A stretch of 64,000 bases of DNA from an uncultured delta proteobacterium (GTDB taxonomy: Bacteria > Desulfobacterota > Binatia > Binatales > Binataceae), in NCBI GenBank assembly GCA_963756155.1, contig CAVWMQ010000001.1, positions 423,592 to 487,591 of the forward strand, given 5' to 3'. Position 1 is the first letter of the stretch. Each line of letters begins with the position of its first letter. Below the pieces are notes generated by a model. It had not been told where the DNA came from and made no database searches. It worked only from the letters and a program-made list of their open reading frames with translations. Below, in pieces: positions 1 through 8,742 of the stretch. The position numbers and the translations under genes were made by a program.

Positions 1-335
1 CCGTTCGCACCGAGCGCGGACTGGCCTCCAGCGAAGGCGCGCAGGTGTTCTCCGACGCAGAGGAAAAGCTGTTCAGCCGGGTGGTCAAGGTCTGCGAGGA
101 CCACGGTCGCGCGGTCAATCCGTTGGTGGTGGTGTCCAACGATCAGATCTTCGCGATCGCGCGAATCGCCTACCTGCTCGACGCCGACGAAGTCGTGATG
201 GGCGCCTCGGCGCGCTTCAACTCCGACACGCAGCTCGAGAACTTCGCGATGCATTGGGGTTCGCTCGCCGACTCGGAGCATCACGTGAACGTCCGCGTGC
301 TCTCCGACGATTTGGACATCCGCGCCGAACTCTGA
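1..335 (+). CDS. C-terminal fragment of an unidentified protein; the 5' end lies outside the window
   Basis: Open frame runs from base 3 with no stop until 335 and continues the listed ORF (…VRTERGLASSEGAQVFSDAEEKLF…). No family recognised by eye. Confidence 0.3.
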   Translation, partial: VRTERGLASSEGAQVFSDAEEKLFSRVVKVCEDHGRAVNPLVVVSNDQIFAIARIAYLLDADEVVMGASARFNSDTQLENFAMHWGSLADSEHHVNVRVLSDDLDIRAEL

Positions 336-449
336 CGCACGCATATTATCGTCGAGGGCCCGCGCCTCGGCGGTCGCTAATCCTTCGGTCGTTGCGGCCT
401 TGGGTCGTTGCGCGATTGCCGCTATGATCGATGCCTCGGACCGCCCATC

Positions 450-1070
450 ATGATCGCGATCGTCGACTACCGTGCCGGAAATCTCGCGAGCGTCGCGCGC
501 GCATTGGAGTACCTGGGCCATCGATGCGAAATAACCGACCGCGCGGAGCGCATCCGCTCCGCTGAGCGCGTGATTCTGCCCGGCGTCGGTGCGGCCGGCG
601 CCACCATGGAAAATTTGCGCGCGCTCGAACTGGTCGGCGTGCTGCGCGATGACGTCGCTGCCGCCGGCAAGCCATTTCTCGGCATCTGCATCGGCATCCA
701 GGTCCTGCTCGATAGCAGCGAGGAGGACGACGCGTCCTGTCTCGGCATCGTGCCCGGCCGCGTGACGCGCTATCCGCGCTCGGTTGATGGCCGCCCGCTG
801 AAGGTGCCGCAGATCGGATGGAACCGCGTCAGGCAGACGCGCGCGCATCCGGTGTTCGCGGGAGTTCCCGACAACACCCACTTCTACTTCGTGAATTCGT
901 ACTACCCGATTCCCGCCGATCCCAAGCTCACGATCGCGACTTCCGATTACGGCGTCGAGTTCGTCGCCGCGATCGCACGCGACAATGTCCTCGCCACTCA
1001 GTTCCATCTCGAAAAGAGCGGCGCCGCCGGACTCAAGCTGCTCGACAACTTCTGTCGCCTCAAGGCCTAA
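450..1070 (+). CDS. hisH: Imidazole glycerol phosphate synthase glutamine amidotransferase subunit HisH
   Basis: Class-I glutamine amidotransferase signature (IAIVDYRAGNL…ILPGVG…GICIGIQVL…QFHLEKS). ATG at 450 lies inside the listed 408..1070 ORF. Followed immediately by hisF. Confidence 0.85.
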   Translation: MIAIVDYRAGNLASVARALEYLGHRCEITDRAERIRSAERVILPGVGAAGATMENLRALELVGVLRDDVAAAGKPFLGICIGIQVLLDSSEEDDASCLGIVPGRVTRYPRSVDGRPLKVPQIGWNRVRQTRAHPVFAGVPDNTHFYFVNSYYPIPADPKLTIATSDYGVEFVAAIARDNVLATQFHLEKSGAAGLKLLDNFCRLKA

Positions 1071-1073
1071 TCG

Positions 1074-1874
1074 ATGCTGGCCAAGCGAATCATCCCATGC
1101 CTCGACGTTCGCGACGGCAAGGTCACGAAGGGCGTGCAGTTCGTCGAGAATATCGATGTCGGCGATCCGGTCGCGATGGCGCGTTACTACTACACTCAGG
1201 GCGCCGACGAGATAGTGTTCTACGACATCACCGCGTCCAGCGAGCGGCGCGGGATTATGCTCGAGGTGGTGCGCGCGGTCGCGCGCGAAATTTTTATTCC
1301 ATTCAGCGTCGGCGGCGGGCTGCGCACGCTGGACGACATGCGTGCGGTGCTGTTGGCAGGCGCGGAGAAAGTTTCGATCGATTCCGGCGCGGTGCGCAAT
1401 CCGAAACTGATCTCGCAAGGCGCGCGCGCGTTCGGCAGCCAGTGCGTGGTGCTCTCGATGCAGGTCAAGCAGGTCGGCGTGCGGCGCGAAATTCCCTCCG
1501 GTTACGAAGTCGTCATTGACGGCGGTCGCGTTTTCACCGGACGCGACGCGCTGGCGTGGTCGCGCGAGGGCGAAACGCTCGGCGCCGGCGAGCTGTGCAT
1601 CAACTCGATCGACCGCGACGGCACCAAGCTCGGCTACGATCTCGAGATCACCCGCCGCATCAGCGAGGCGGTGTCGATTCCGGTCATCGCTTCCGGCGGC
1701 GCCGGCGAGCCCGAGCATCTGCGCGACGCCTTTACCCGCGGCGCGGCCGACGCCGCGATCGTCGCGTCGATCGTGCACTACGGCCAGTTCCCGATTCCCG
1801 AGCTCAAGCGTTATCTCCGCAACTCCGGCGTCGAAGTGCGCGAGGCGGTCAGCCTCGACGGAGGCGGTTCGTGA
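1074..1874 (+). CDS. hisF: Imidazole glycerol phosphate synthase cyclase subunit HisF
   Basis: N-terminus [20 protein letters not shown]…, [13 protein letters not shown], and the C-terminal GGAG…ASIVHYG phosphate-binding motif are typical of the HisF (beta/alpha)8 barrel. Confidence 0.9.
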   Translation: MLAKRIIPCLDVRDGKVTKGVQFVENIDVGDPVAMARYYYTQGADEIVFYDITASSERRGIMLEVVRAVAREIFIPFSVGGGLRTLDDMRAVLLAGAEKVSIDSGAVRNPKLISQGARAFGSQCVVLSMQVKQVGVRREIPSGYEVVIDGGRVFTGRDALAWSREGETLGAGELCINSIDRDGTKLGYDLEITRRISEAVSIPVIASGGAGEPEHLRDAFTRGAADAAIVASIVHYGQFPIPELKRYLRNSGVEVREAVSLDGGGS

Positions 1875-2284
1875 AGATCGCGTTCGTGGTCTCGGAGTTC
1901 AATTCCGAGGTGACCGCGCCGATGGAGGAGGCCGCACGCCGCCGCGCACAAGCACTCGACGTCGAAGTGAGCCGCACCATCCATGTCCCCGGCGTCTACG
2001 ACATGCCGCCGATCGTCAAGAAGCTGCTCAAGCGCACCGACATCGACGGCGTCGTCATGATCGGCGCCGTGATCAGCGGCGAGACTCATCACGACGAGGT
2101 GATCACGCACGCGCTTGCGCACGCGAGCGCGCTGATCGCGGCGGAGTTTGAAAAGCCGGTCGGCTTCTCGATCACCGGTCCCGGAATGACCGACACGCAG
2201 GCCGTCGCGCGCATCGAGAACGCCACGCGCGGCGTCGACGCGGTGGTGCGCGTCGCGCGCGAGCTTCTGAAACTCGACGAGTAA
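1871..2284 (+). CDS. ribH: Lumazine-synthase family protein of archaeal type (6,7-dimethyl-8-ribityllumazine synthase-like), 137 aa
   Basis: GTG start overlaps the hisF stop (GTGA). Protein reads [15 protein letters not shown]…[15 protein letters not shown]…[19 protein letters not shown]…[16 protein letters not shown]. My recollection is that this closely parallels the archaeal (Methanocaldococcus-type) RibH pattern VPGVFDMP…IGCVIEGETEHDE…GPGMT. The assignment is from memory of that family, not from a search. Confidence 0.65.
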   Translation: MKIAFVVSEFNSEVTAPMEEAARRRAQALDVEVSRTIHVPGVYDMPPIVKKLLKRTDIDGVVMIGAVISGETHHDEVITHALAHASALIAAEFEKPVGFSITGPGMTDTQAVARIENATRGVDAVVRVARELLKLDE

Positions 2285-2363
2285 CCCTACACTGCACAAG
2301 TTGTTGAGAACCCGCGCCGCCCGGCGTTGAGAGTCTGCCTGCGAGTTCCTATACTCATTTCGG

Positions 2364-3197
2364 TTGGCGGTGACGATGGTGGCAGAGGCGGGACGGCTCG
2401 AAACATTCTCGACACGCTCGGCCGCAAGAATTCTTGCGGTCTCTCCCGAGCGGATCCGTTATTGGGTCCGGCGCCGGCTGATCAGCCCTACGGCGACCCG
2501 CGGCCGCAACTACCGCTTCGCGTTTAACGATCTGCTGGTGATGCGCCTGGCCAAGGAGCTGCTGCAGTCGCGCCGCCATCTCGAACCGATTCAGCGCTGC
2601 ATCCTTCGGGTGCGCGAGTTCTTCGACGGCGAGCGATCGGTCACCGCGCTCAAGCTGGTCAACGACGAGGGCCGTATCGTGGTGCGCGACGGCGCGATTT
2701 TGTTCGAGGCCGAGACGGGACAGTTGCTGTTCGATTTCGCGCGCGACCGCGAGCCCGGCAAAGTCGAGGAGTCGTTCGGTCCCGCACGGGTGCGCGAACG
2801 GTTCGAGGAGGCGCGCCGGTTGGCGGAGCAGGATCCCCTCAAGGCGCTTACCATCTATAGCGAGCTGGTCGGCCGCGAGCCCGGCAATTTCGATGCGCAT
2901 ATGCGCCTTGCGACGCTGCTCGAGCGCGAAGGCGACCTGGGCGGCGCGCTGCGTCATCTGCTCGGCGCCGGTGCGATCGCGCCAGCCAACGCCGAGGTCC
3001 ATCTCAAGCTCGGACTGCTGTACCGCAAGCGCGGCGAGAGCCAGACCGCGCTGAAGAGCTTTCTGCGCGCGCTCGAATGCGATCCTGCATCGGTCGAGTC
3101 GCATCGCAACGCTGCCGAATTGTACGACGCGATCGGCCGCCGCCGCGACGCGCAAAAACACATGGGCGCGATTCATCGGCTGATCAAAGGCGACTGA
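2364..3197 (+). CDS. Transcriptional regulator with an N-terminal MerR-like HTH and C-terminal TPR repeats
   Basis: HTH-like segment AARILAVSPERIRYWVRRRLI. C-terminal repeats with TPR character (AHMRLATLLEREGDLGGALRHL…AEVHLKLGLLYRKRGESQTALKSFLRALECDP). Confidence 0.55.
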   Translation: MAVTMVAEAGRLETFSTRSAARILAVSPERIRYWVRRRLISPTATRGRNYRFAFNDLLVMRLAKELLQSRRHLEPIQRCILRVREFFDGERSVTALKLVNDEGRIVVRDGAILFEAETGQLLFDFARDREPGKVEESFGPARVRERFEEARRLAEQDPLKALTIYSELVGREPGNFDAHMRLATLLEREGDLGGALRHLLGAGAIAPANAEVHLKLGLLYRKRGESQTALKSFLRALECDPASVESHRNAAELYDAIGRRRDAQKHMGAIHRLIKGD

Positions 3198-3300
3198 CTC
3201 TGGCCGTCTGGCGTCGCTTCGATGCCAAACCGTTCGCTGCTTAAACGGCGCGCGGTGTGCGAGTTGTATCGACGCGGCGCGCGGCGATAAGCTCAGCGCG

Positions 3301-3642
3301 ATGTCACCTCGCGACACTCTCAAACGTATCGATATCCTGCGCCACGAGCTGAAGGCGCTGCGTTTCATCCTGGATAATTTTCACGGCGGCAAGCTTGATC
3401 GCTCCGCACTCCCGCCGCGCGATGACTTCCAGTCCGAGCAGGGCCGCACGCTCTACGACGTGATCACTGTCGCGCCGACGCGCGCTGGCGCCGAACAGCG
3501 GATCGCGGAGCTCGAGCTCGACGACGTCGACGTCGAATCGTTCCTGCGCCTTACCGGCGAGCATTACTACGCGTATCCGGCGCTGGTGCGCGAGCGCGCC
3601 GAGGCTATCCGCGCGGGACGGCTCAGGGTCGAAAGCGCGTGA
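3301..3642 (+). CDS. Hypothetical protein (113 aa)
   Basis: ORF with codon usage typical of the window. Its stop overlaps the start of the next ORF (translational coupling). No recognisable domain. Confidence 0.4.
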   Translation: MSPRDTLKRIDILRHELKALRFILDNFHGGKLDRSALPPRDDFQSEQGRTLYDVITVAPTRAGAEQRIAELELDDVDVESFLRLTGEHYYAYPALVRERAEAIRAGRLRVESA

Positions 3643-3992
3643 GCGGGGTCGGACACAAGGAACTTCACTTCCTGCTCGACAGCGCGGGCGCGCTGATCGT
3701 TTACCAGGAGAAAAAAGCATCGTGGGCCGGGGTGCTCGCCTTCTCCAGCGAGGACAAGGCGCGCGAGTTCTGCCGCCTGAGCAATCTCGACGTCAAGGAA
3801 ATCGGCGCGCTCTCGACCTCCGATCCCGAAGCGGTCGCGCAACTGGTCAACGCCGTCAAGCGCCGCGCGATTCGAAACCTGCTGCTCGATCTCGACTACG
3901 TGACTGGGCGCTGCGTCCAGGTCGAGTTCGAGGGCGACAGCTTCGGCAAGTCGGCGGAGCGCCAGTTTACGCCCGAGCATAATCCGGCCTGA
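3639..3992 (+). CDS. Hypothetical protein (117 aa), translationally coupled to the previous gene
   Basis: Start overlaps the stop of 3301..3642. No recognisable motif. Confidence 0.4.
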   Translation: MSGVGHKELHFLLDSAGALIVYQEKKASWAGVLAFSSEDKAREFCRLSNLDVKEIGALSTSDPEAVAQLVNAVKRRAIRNLLLDLDYVTGRCVQVEFEGDSFGKSAERQFTPEHNPA

Positions 3993-4063
3993 GATCGCTG
4001 CGCGCTCGCGGGAGCGTGTTCGACAAGTCGGCAACTCGGAACTCGACAAATCTCAATCCGAAA

Positions 4064-5296
4064 ATGGCTGTCACCTTGCAAGATATCGAGGCCGCGCGCG
4101 TGCGGCTGCGGGACGTAATCAAGCCGACGCCGCTGATGCCGAGTGCGACTCTTGCGCAGATGCTCGATGCCGACGTTCGTCTCAAGCCCGAGAACCTGCA
4201 GAAGACCGGCTCATTCAAGATTCGCGGCGCCTATAATCGCATCGCCGCGATGTCGCCGGTCGAGAAAGTGCGCGGCGTGATCGCGGCGTCGGCCGGAAAC
4301 CACGGACAGGCGCTGGCGTACGCGGCCTCGCACGCGGGCGTGAAGGCGACGATCGTGATGCCGACGACCGCGGCGACCGCGAAGATCGATGCGACCCGGA
4401 ACTACGGGCAGGCGGTGGTGCTCGAAGGCGCGGACTACCAGGGGGCGCGCCGCGCCGCCGAGCGGATTTGCATCAAGACCGGCGCGATATTCGTCGACGC
4501 ATACGACGATCCGTTCGTGATCGCGGGGCAGGGAACGATTGGACTGGAGATCGTCGACGAATTTGCGCCCCAGATCGTGATGGTGCCGGTCGGCGGCGGC
4601 GGACTTATAGCCGGCGTCACGGCCGCGCTTGCGGCGCGCGCGCCGACTGCTGAAGTGATTGGCGTCGAGGCGGCCGGCTCGCCACAATTGAGCGCGAGCC
4701 TCGCCGCGGGAGCGCCCGCATCGGTGGCGCGACCGGTCGACACGATCGCCGATGGTCTCGCGACCGGGCGCCTCGGCGCGCTCCCGTTCGAGATGATTCG
4801 GACGCGCGTGAAGCGCGTGGTCACCGTTGATGACTTCGAAATCGGCGAGGCGGTGCTGCTGATGCTCGAGCGGCTCAAGATGCTTGCCGAAGGCGCCGGC
4901 GCGGCCGCACTCGCGGGCGCGCTCAAAATCAAGGACCAGGACTACTTCAAGGGCAAGCGCGTGGTGCTGCTGATAAGCGGTGGAAATATCGACATCAACC
5001 TGCTCGACCGGATCATTGGACATGGACTGGTGAAGGTCGGGCGCCTGTACCGGCTCTCGGTCGACTTGCGCGACCGCCCGGGCGAGCTTGGCAAGCTGCT
5101 GTCCGCGGTCAGCGAGACGGGCGCGAACGTTCGCGCGATCGATCACGATCGGACCAGGCCCGATGTCGCGATCGGCGGTGCGCGCGTCATGCTGGAGCTG
5201 GAAACGCGGAGCCCCGAGCATATCGAGGCGATCCGCGCGCATCTCGCGCGCGCGGGTTATTCGATTAGTGAAGACGCTCAGATCCAGACCCGATAA
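4064..5296 (+). CDS. ilvA: Threonine ammonia-lyase (threonine dehydratase), PLP-dependent, with a C-terminal ACT-like regulatory domain
   Basis: PLP-lysine motif KTGSFKIRGAYN, SAGNHGQALAYAAS and the glycine-rich loop VPVGGGGLIAG. C-terminal roughly 80 aa resemble an ACT domain. Internal ATG at 4064 (MAVTLQDIEAAR) preferred over the listed 4016. Confidence 0.85.
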   Translation: MAVTLQDIEAARVRLRDVIKPTPLMPSATLAQMLDADVRLKPENLQKTGSFKIRGAYNRIAAMSPVEKVRGVIAASAGNHGQALAYAASHAGVKATIVMPTTAATAKIDATRNYGQAVVLEGADYQGARRAAERICIKTGAIFVDAYDDPFVIAGQGTIGLEIVDEFAPQIVMVPVGGGGLIAGVTAALAARAPTAEVIGVEAAGSPQLSASLAAGAPASVARPVDTIADGLATGRLGALPFEMIRTRVKRVVTVDDFEIGEAVLLMLERLKMLAEGAGAAALAGALKIKDQDYFKGKRVVLLISGGNIDINLLDRIIGHGLVKVGRLYRLSVDLRDRPGELGKLLSAVSETGANVRAIDHDRTRPDVAIGGARVMLELETRSPEHIEAIRAHLARAGYSISEDAQIQTR

Positions 5297-5308
5297 CGAT
5301 TGGACAGG

Positions 5309-6199
5309 TCAGGTGAACATCGCGGCGAGCCCTTTGGGGCGCACCAGCTTGCCCGCGGGCTTCATCCGGTTCGCCAGGTCCTCGAGGCCTTCGTTGAATG
5401 CCTCCATTTCGGCGGACTGACGAGCCTCGAAAGTGGCGGCTTCGCGCGCACGGCGGCGCTCGAACGCCTCGCGCTCGGCGCGGCGGCGATTGTAAAAATT
5501 TTCGAAGGTCTCTTTGACGGTGCGATACAGCACCGAATTAGGCACGAACGAACCCGAGCAGATCGGACAATAGAAAACCACGCCGGCCTGGAAGAGGCGG
5601 AACGGAACCGTGTAGCGCTCGTGGCAATCCTTGCAGATGATCGGCACTTCCCACGAGTTTGGATTCGCGTCGGCTGGCAATGATGCGGCCGCCGCCGATG
5701 CTGGAGCCGTCGCGGCTGCAGGTGCAGGCTTCGGCGCGGCGGGCGCGGCTGCCGCTGCTGGCGCGGCCGCGGCGCCGTTAGCGGCTGCGGGAGCCGGCTT
5801 CGGTGCCGGTGCGGCGCCTGCTTCCGATGGTGCAGCAGCGCCAGCTTCTGCGGGTGCTCCGGCTCCTTCTTTGCGGAAGCGCGAGGGCGCGTCATCGGCA
5901 AACGCCTCGTCAGGATGCAGCACGCGCGCTCGCGCGAGAAGCGTCGCCTCGGATTCGAGATTGGCTGGATCGGGGATGCAGCAATCGACCGGGCACACCG
6001 CTGCGCACGCCTCGTGATCATAGAAGCCCACGCACTCTGTGCACTTGGCGGGCGTGATGTAATAGATGTCCTGCGCGACCGCTGGATGTGTCTCGCCGTT
6101 TAATTCCCACGGCACGCCGCCGGCGTAGATCGCGGTGTTGGGGCATTCCGGTTCGCACGCCCCGCAGTTGATGCATTCGCTGGTGATAGTGGTCGCCAT
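5309..6199 (-). CDS. Multidomain protein: N-terminal dicluster [4Fe-4S]/7Fe-type ferredoxin, then an Ala/Pro-rich low-complexity linker, then a C-terminal Cys4 zinc-ribbon-like domain and a charged helical tail
   Basis: CINCGACEPECP and CTECVGFYDHEACAAVCP ferredoxin motifs. About 80 aa of A/P-rich linker (APAPKPAPAAANGAAAAPAAAAAPAAPKPAPAAATAP). CKDCHERY…CPICSGSF zinc ribbon. RRRAEREAFERRRAREAATFEARQ tail. Confidence 0.7.
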   Translation of the reverse strand: MATTITSECINCGACEPECPNTAIYAGGVPWELNGETHPAVAQDIYYITPAKCTECVGFYDHEACAAVCPVDCCIPDPANLESEATLLARARVLHPDEAFADDAPSRFRKEGAGAPAEAGAAAPSEAGAAPAPKPAPAAANGAAAAPAAAAAPAAPKPAPAAATAPASAAAASLPADANPNSWEVPIICKDCHERYTVPFRLFQAGVVFYCPICSGSFVPNSVLYRTVKETFENFYNRRRAEREAFERRRAREAATFEARQSAEMEAFNEGLEDLANRMKPAGKLVRPKGLAAMFT

Positions 6200-6383
6200 C
6201 AGATGACCTCGGCCCGCCTGCGGGTCAAGAGAAATTTCTTATCTACAAAATCGATCTTGTCCGATCTCTGACTTTAGCAACCGCGGATCGCCCTGACAAA
6301 TCGCTGGTCCCGAACAGTTCGTTGAGTTTTCGAGTTGGCGAGGTTTTGACTATGCTGAGCTCAAATCCTCGATCGTAATACGG

Positions 6384-7580
6384 ATGGCCGCGATGGATCT
6401 GAATTTCACTCCGGAAGAAGAAAAGTTTCGCCTCGAAGTCCGGCGCTTCCTCGAGGAGAACGTCCCCAAGAGCGGGCTCAGCAATCAGCGCGAAGGCCGC
6501 GAGGACAAGGACTGGCTCGCGCGCGCAAAAGCGTGGCAACGCAAGCTCTACGAGGCCGGTTACATCGCGCTGGCGTGGCCCAAGGAGTACGGCGGGCAGG
6601 CGATGGATCCGGTGCGCCAGTCGGTCGTAAACGACGAGGTGGTGCGCGCGCGTGCGCCGTATATGGTTGGCGGATCCGGTCTGGGCATGCTCGGCCCGAC
6701 GCTTATCTCGTGGGGCACCGAGGAACAGCGCCAACGCTATCTTCCGAAAATACTCACCGCCGAGGAAATCTGGTGCCAGGGATATTCGGAGCCGGGCTCC
6801 GGTTCCGATCTTGCCTCGCTCAAGACCCGCGCCGAAATCGTTGGCGACGAGTTCGTGGTCAACGGGCAGAAAGTGTGGACTTCGGGCGCGCAATGGGCGG
6901 ACTGGATGTTCTGCCTGGTGCGGACCGATCCCGAGGCGCCCAAGCATCGCGGAATTTCCTACATCCTGATCGACATGCACGCTCCCGGCGTCACCGTGCG
7001 TCCGCTGGTCCAGATGACCGGCGACCGCGGCTTCAACGAGGTTTTTTTCGATAACGTGCGGGTGCCGCGCAAGAACCTGGTCGGCAAGCTCAACGAGGGA
7101 TGGCTGGTCGCGAACGCGACTCTGTTCCATGAGCGCAACATGCTGGGCGCTTCGTCGGGCAGCGAGCAACGCTTCAACCGCCTGCTCGCGCTCGCCAAGA
7201 CGATCAAGCGCAACGGCCGCCCGATCACCGAGGATCCGGTCATCCGCCAGCGCCTGGTCGATCTAGAAATCCGCGTCGATGCGATGCGTTACCACTCGAT
7301 GCGCCAGCTAACCGATCAGATTCGCGGCAGGAACCCGGGCATCGAGGCGATGATCAACAAGCTGGTCGGCACCGAGCTCAATCACGACCTCGCAACTGCG
7401 GCGATGGAAGTGATGGGCGACTACTCGATGCTCGCGCGCGAGGACGAGCAGGCGCTCGATCACGCGTTCTGGCCGTACGAATGGATGTTCTCGCTGGGGC
7501 TGGTGATTGGCGGCGGCACCTCACACATCCAGAAAAACATCATCGCCGAGCGCGGCCTCAAGATGCCGAAATCGCGTTGA
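6384..7580 (+). CDS. Acyl-CoA dehydrogenase family protein
   Basis: ACAD fold motifs (YGGQAMDP…, WCQGYSEPGSGSDLASL, WTSGAQWADW). Length 398 aa. Confidence 0.85.
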   Translation: MAAMDLNFTPEEEKFRLEVRRFLEENVPKSGLSNQREGREDKDWLARAKAWQRKLYEAGYIALAWPKEYGGQAMDPVRQSVVNDEVVRARAPYMVGGSGLGMLGPTLISWGTEEQRQRYLPKILTAEEIWCQGYSEPGSGSDLASLKTRAEIVGDEFVVNGQKVWTSGAQWADWMFCLVRTDPEAPKHRGISYILIDMHAPGVTVRPLVQMTGDRGFNEVFFDNVRVPRKNLVGKLNEGWLVANATLFHERNMLGASSGSEQRFNRLLALAKTIKRNGRPITEDPVIRQRLVDLEIRVDAMRYHSMRQLTDQIRGRNPGIEAMINKLVGTELNHDLATAAMEVMGDYSMLAREDEQALDHAFWPYEWMFSLGLVIGGGTSHIQKNIIAERGLKMPKSR

Positions 7581-7614
7581 GCAGCGCGGCACACAACTCC
7601 GGATCGGTGAGCAG

Positions 7615-8736
7615 ATGGATTTCGGACTAAGCGAAGAGCAGCAGCAACTCAAAACCAGCGCGCGCGAATTTCTCGCCGGCGAGTGCCCCACCACGGAGGT
7701 GCGCAAGGCGATGGCGAGCGAGGACGGCACGCTCGCCGCACTCTACGGCGGAATCGCGAAGCTCGGATGGCACGGGCTGATGGTGCCGGAGCAATTCGGC
7801 GGCGCGGGACTGGGGATGCTCGACATGACGGTGCTGCTCGAGGAAGCGGGCTTTGCCGCGATGCCGGGGCCGTTCCTCTTTTCCTCGGTACTCGCGGCGG
7901 GCGCGCTCAGGCTCGGTGGCTCTGAGGAACTGAAGGCAAAGTTCCTGGCCGCGATCGCGGAGGGCAAGGCAACCGGCACGCTGGCGATCGTCGAGAGCGG
8001 CGACAGCCTCGCGGCGGCGGATATCGCGACCAGCGCGAAAAAAGACGGCGCCGGATGGCGTCTCAGCGGCACCAAGATGTTCGTGCCGTATGCCAACCTC
8101 GCAGACTTCGTGATCGTGGCGGCGCGCACGTCGAGCGCTCCCGACGCGGTCGGATTTTTCCTGGTCGAGACCAAGTCGCCCGGCGTGCGGATCAAGATGA
8201 TGAAGAACCTGGATCTCACGCGCCGCGTCGCGACGCTGGAACTCGACAACGTCGCTGCCGCGCCCAACGGCGAGCTAAAGGGCGGCGCCACGATGCTCGC
8301 GCGAATGATCGACATCGGCGCACTCGCGGTTGCGGCGGATTCGCTCGGCGGCTCCGAGCGCGCGCTGGAGATGGCGGTCGACTACTCGAAAGTGCGCGAG
8401 CAGTTCGGCAAGCCGATCGGATCGTTCCAGGCGCTCAAGCACGCGGCGGCCGAGATTGTCGCGGACCTGGAGCCAGCGCGCGCGCTGCTCTGGTACGCCG
8501 CCTATGCGCACGACGCGGTTCCGGAGAGCGCGCCGCGCGCCGCCGCGATGGCCAAGGCGCGGCTCAGCGATATCTACAGCCGCACTACTGATCGCGCGGT
8601 GCTGATGCACGGCGGAATCGGCTTCACCTGGGAGCATGACATTCATCTGTGGTTCAAACGCGCACGCTTTGACGAATCGTACTTCGGCTCGCCGTCCTAC
8701 CATCGCGAGCGCGTCGCGCAACTGGGCGGCTACTGA
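7615..8736 (+). CDS. Acyl-CoA dehydrogenase family protein, second of an adjacent pair
   Basis: MDFGLSEEQQQLKTSAREF… start, GLMVPEQFGGAGLG, and C-terminal ACAD helices. Begins 35 nt after the preceding ACAD. ATG at 7615 preferred over the listed 7507. Confidence 0.8.
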   Translation: MDFGLSEEQQQLKTSAREFLAGECPTTEVRKAMASEDGTLAALYGGIAKLGWHGLMVPEQFGGAGLGMLDMTVLLEEAGFAAMPGPFLFSSVLAAGALRLGGSEELKAKFLAAIAEGKATGTLAIVESGDSLAAADIATSAKKDGAGWRLSGTKMFVPYANLADFVIVAARTSSAPDAVGFFLVETKSPGVRIKMMKNLDLTRRVATLELDNVAAAPNGELKGGATMLARMIDIGALAVAADSLGGSERALEMAVDYSKVREQFGKPIGSFQALKHAAAEIVADLEPARALLWYAAYAHDAVPESAPRAAAMAKARLSDIYSRTTDRAVLMHGGIGFTWEHDIHLWFKRARFDESYFGSPSYHRERVAQLGGY

Positions 8737-8742
8737 AGGCTT

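Noticed and set aside
2355-3368. Long antisense ORFs opposite real genes. Examples are 2355..3368 (-), 4211..5242 (-), 8275..9828 (-), 10219..11268 (-), 37991..39022 (-) and 41203..42522 (-).
   Set aside because: These are typical high-GC shadow ORFs. They are rich in Arg/Ala/Pro, carry no motifs, and the opposite strand in each case carries a clearly conserved gene.
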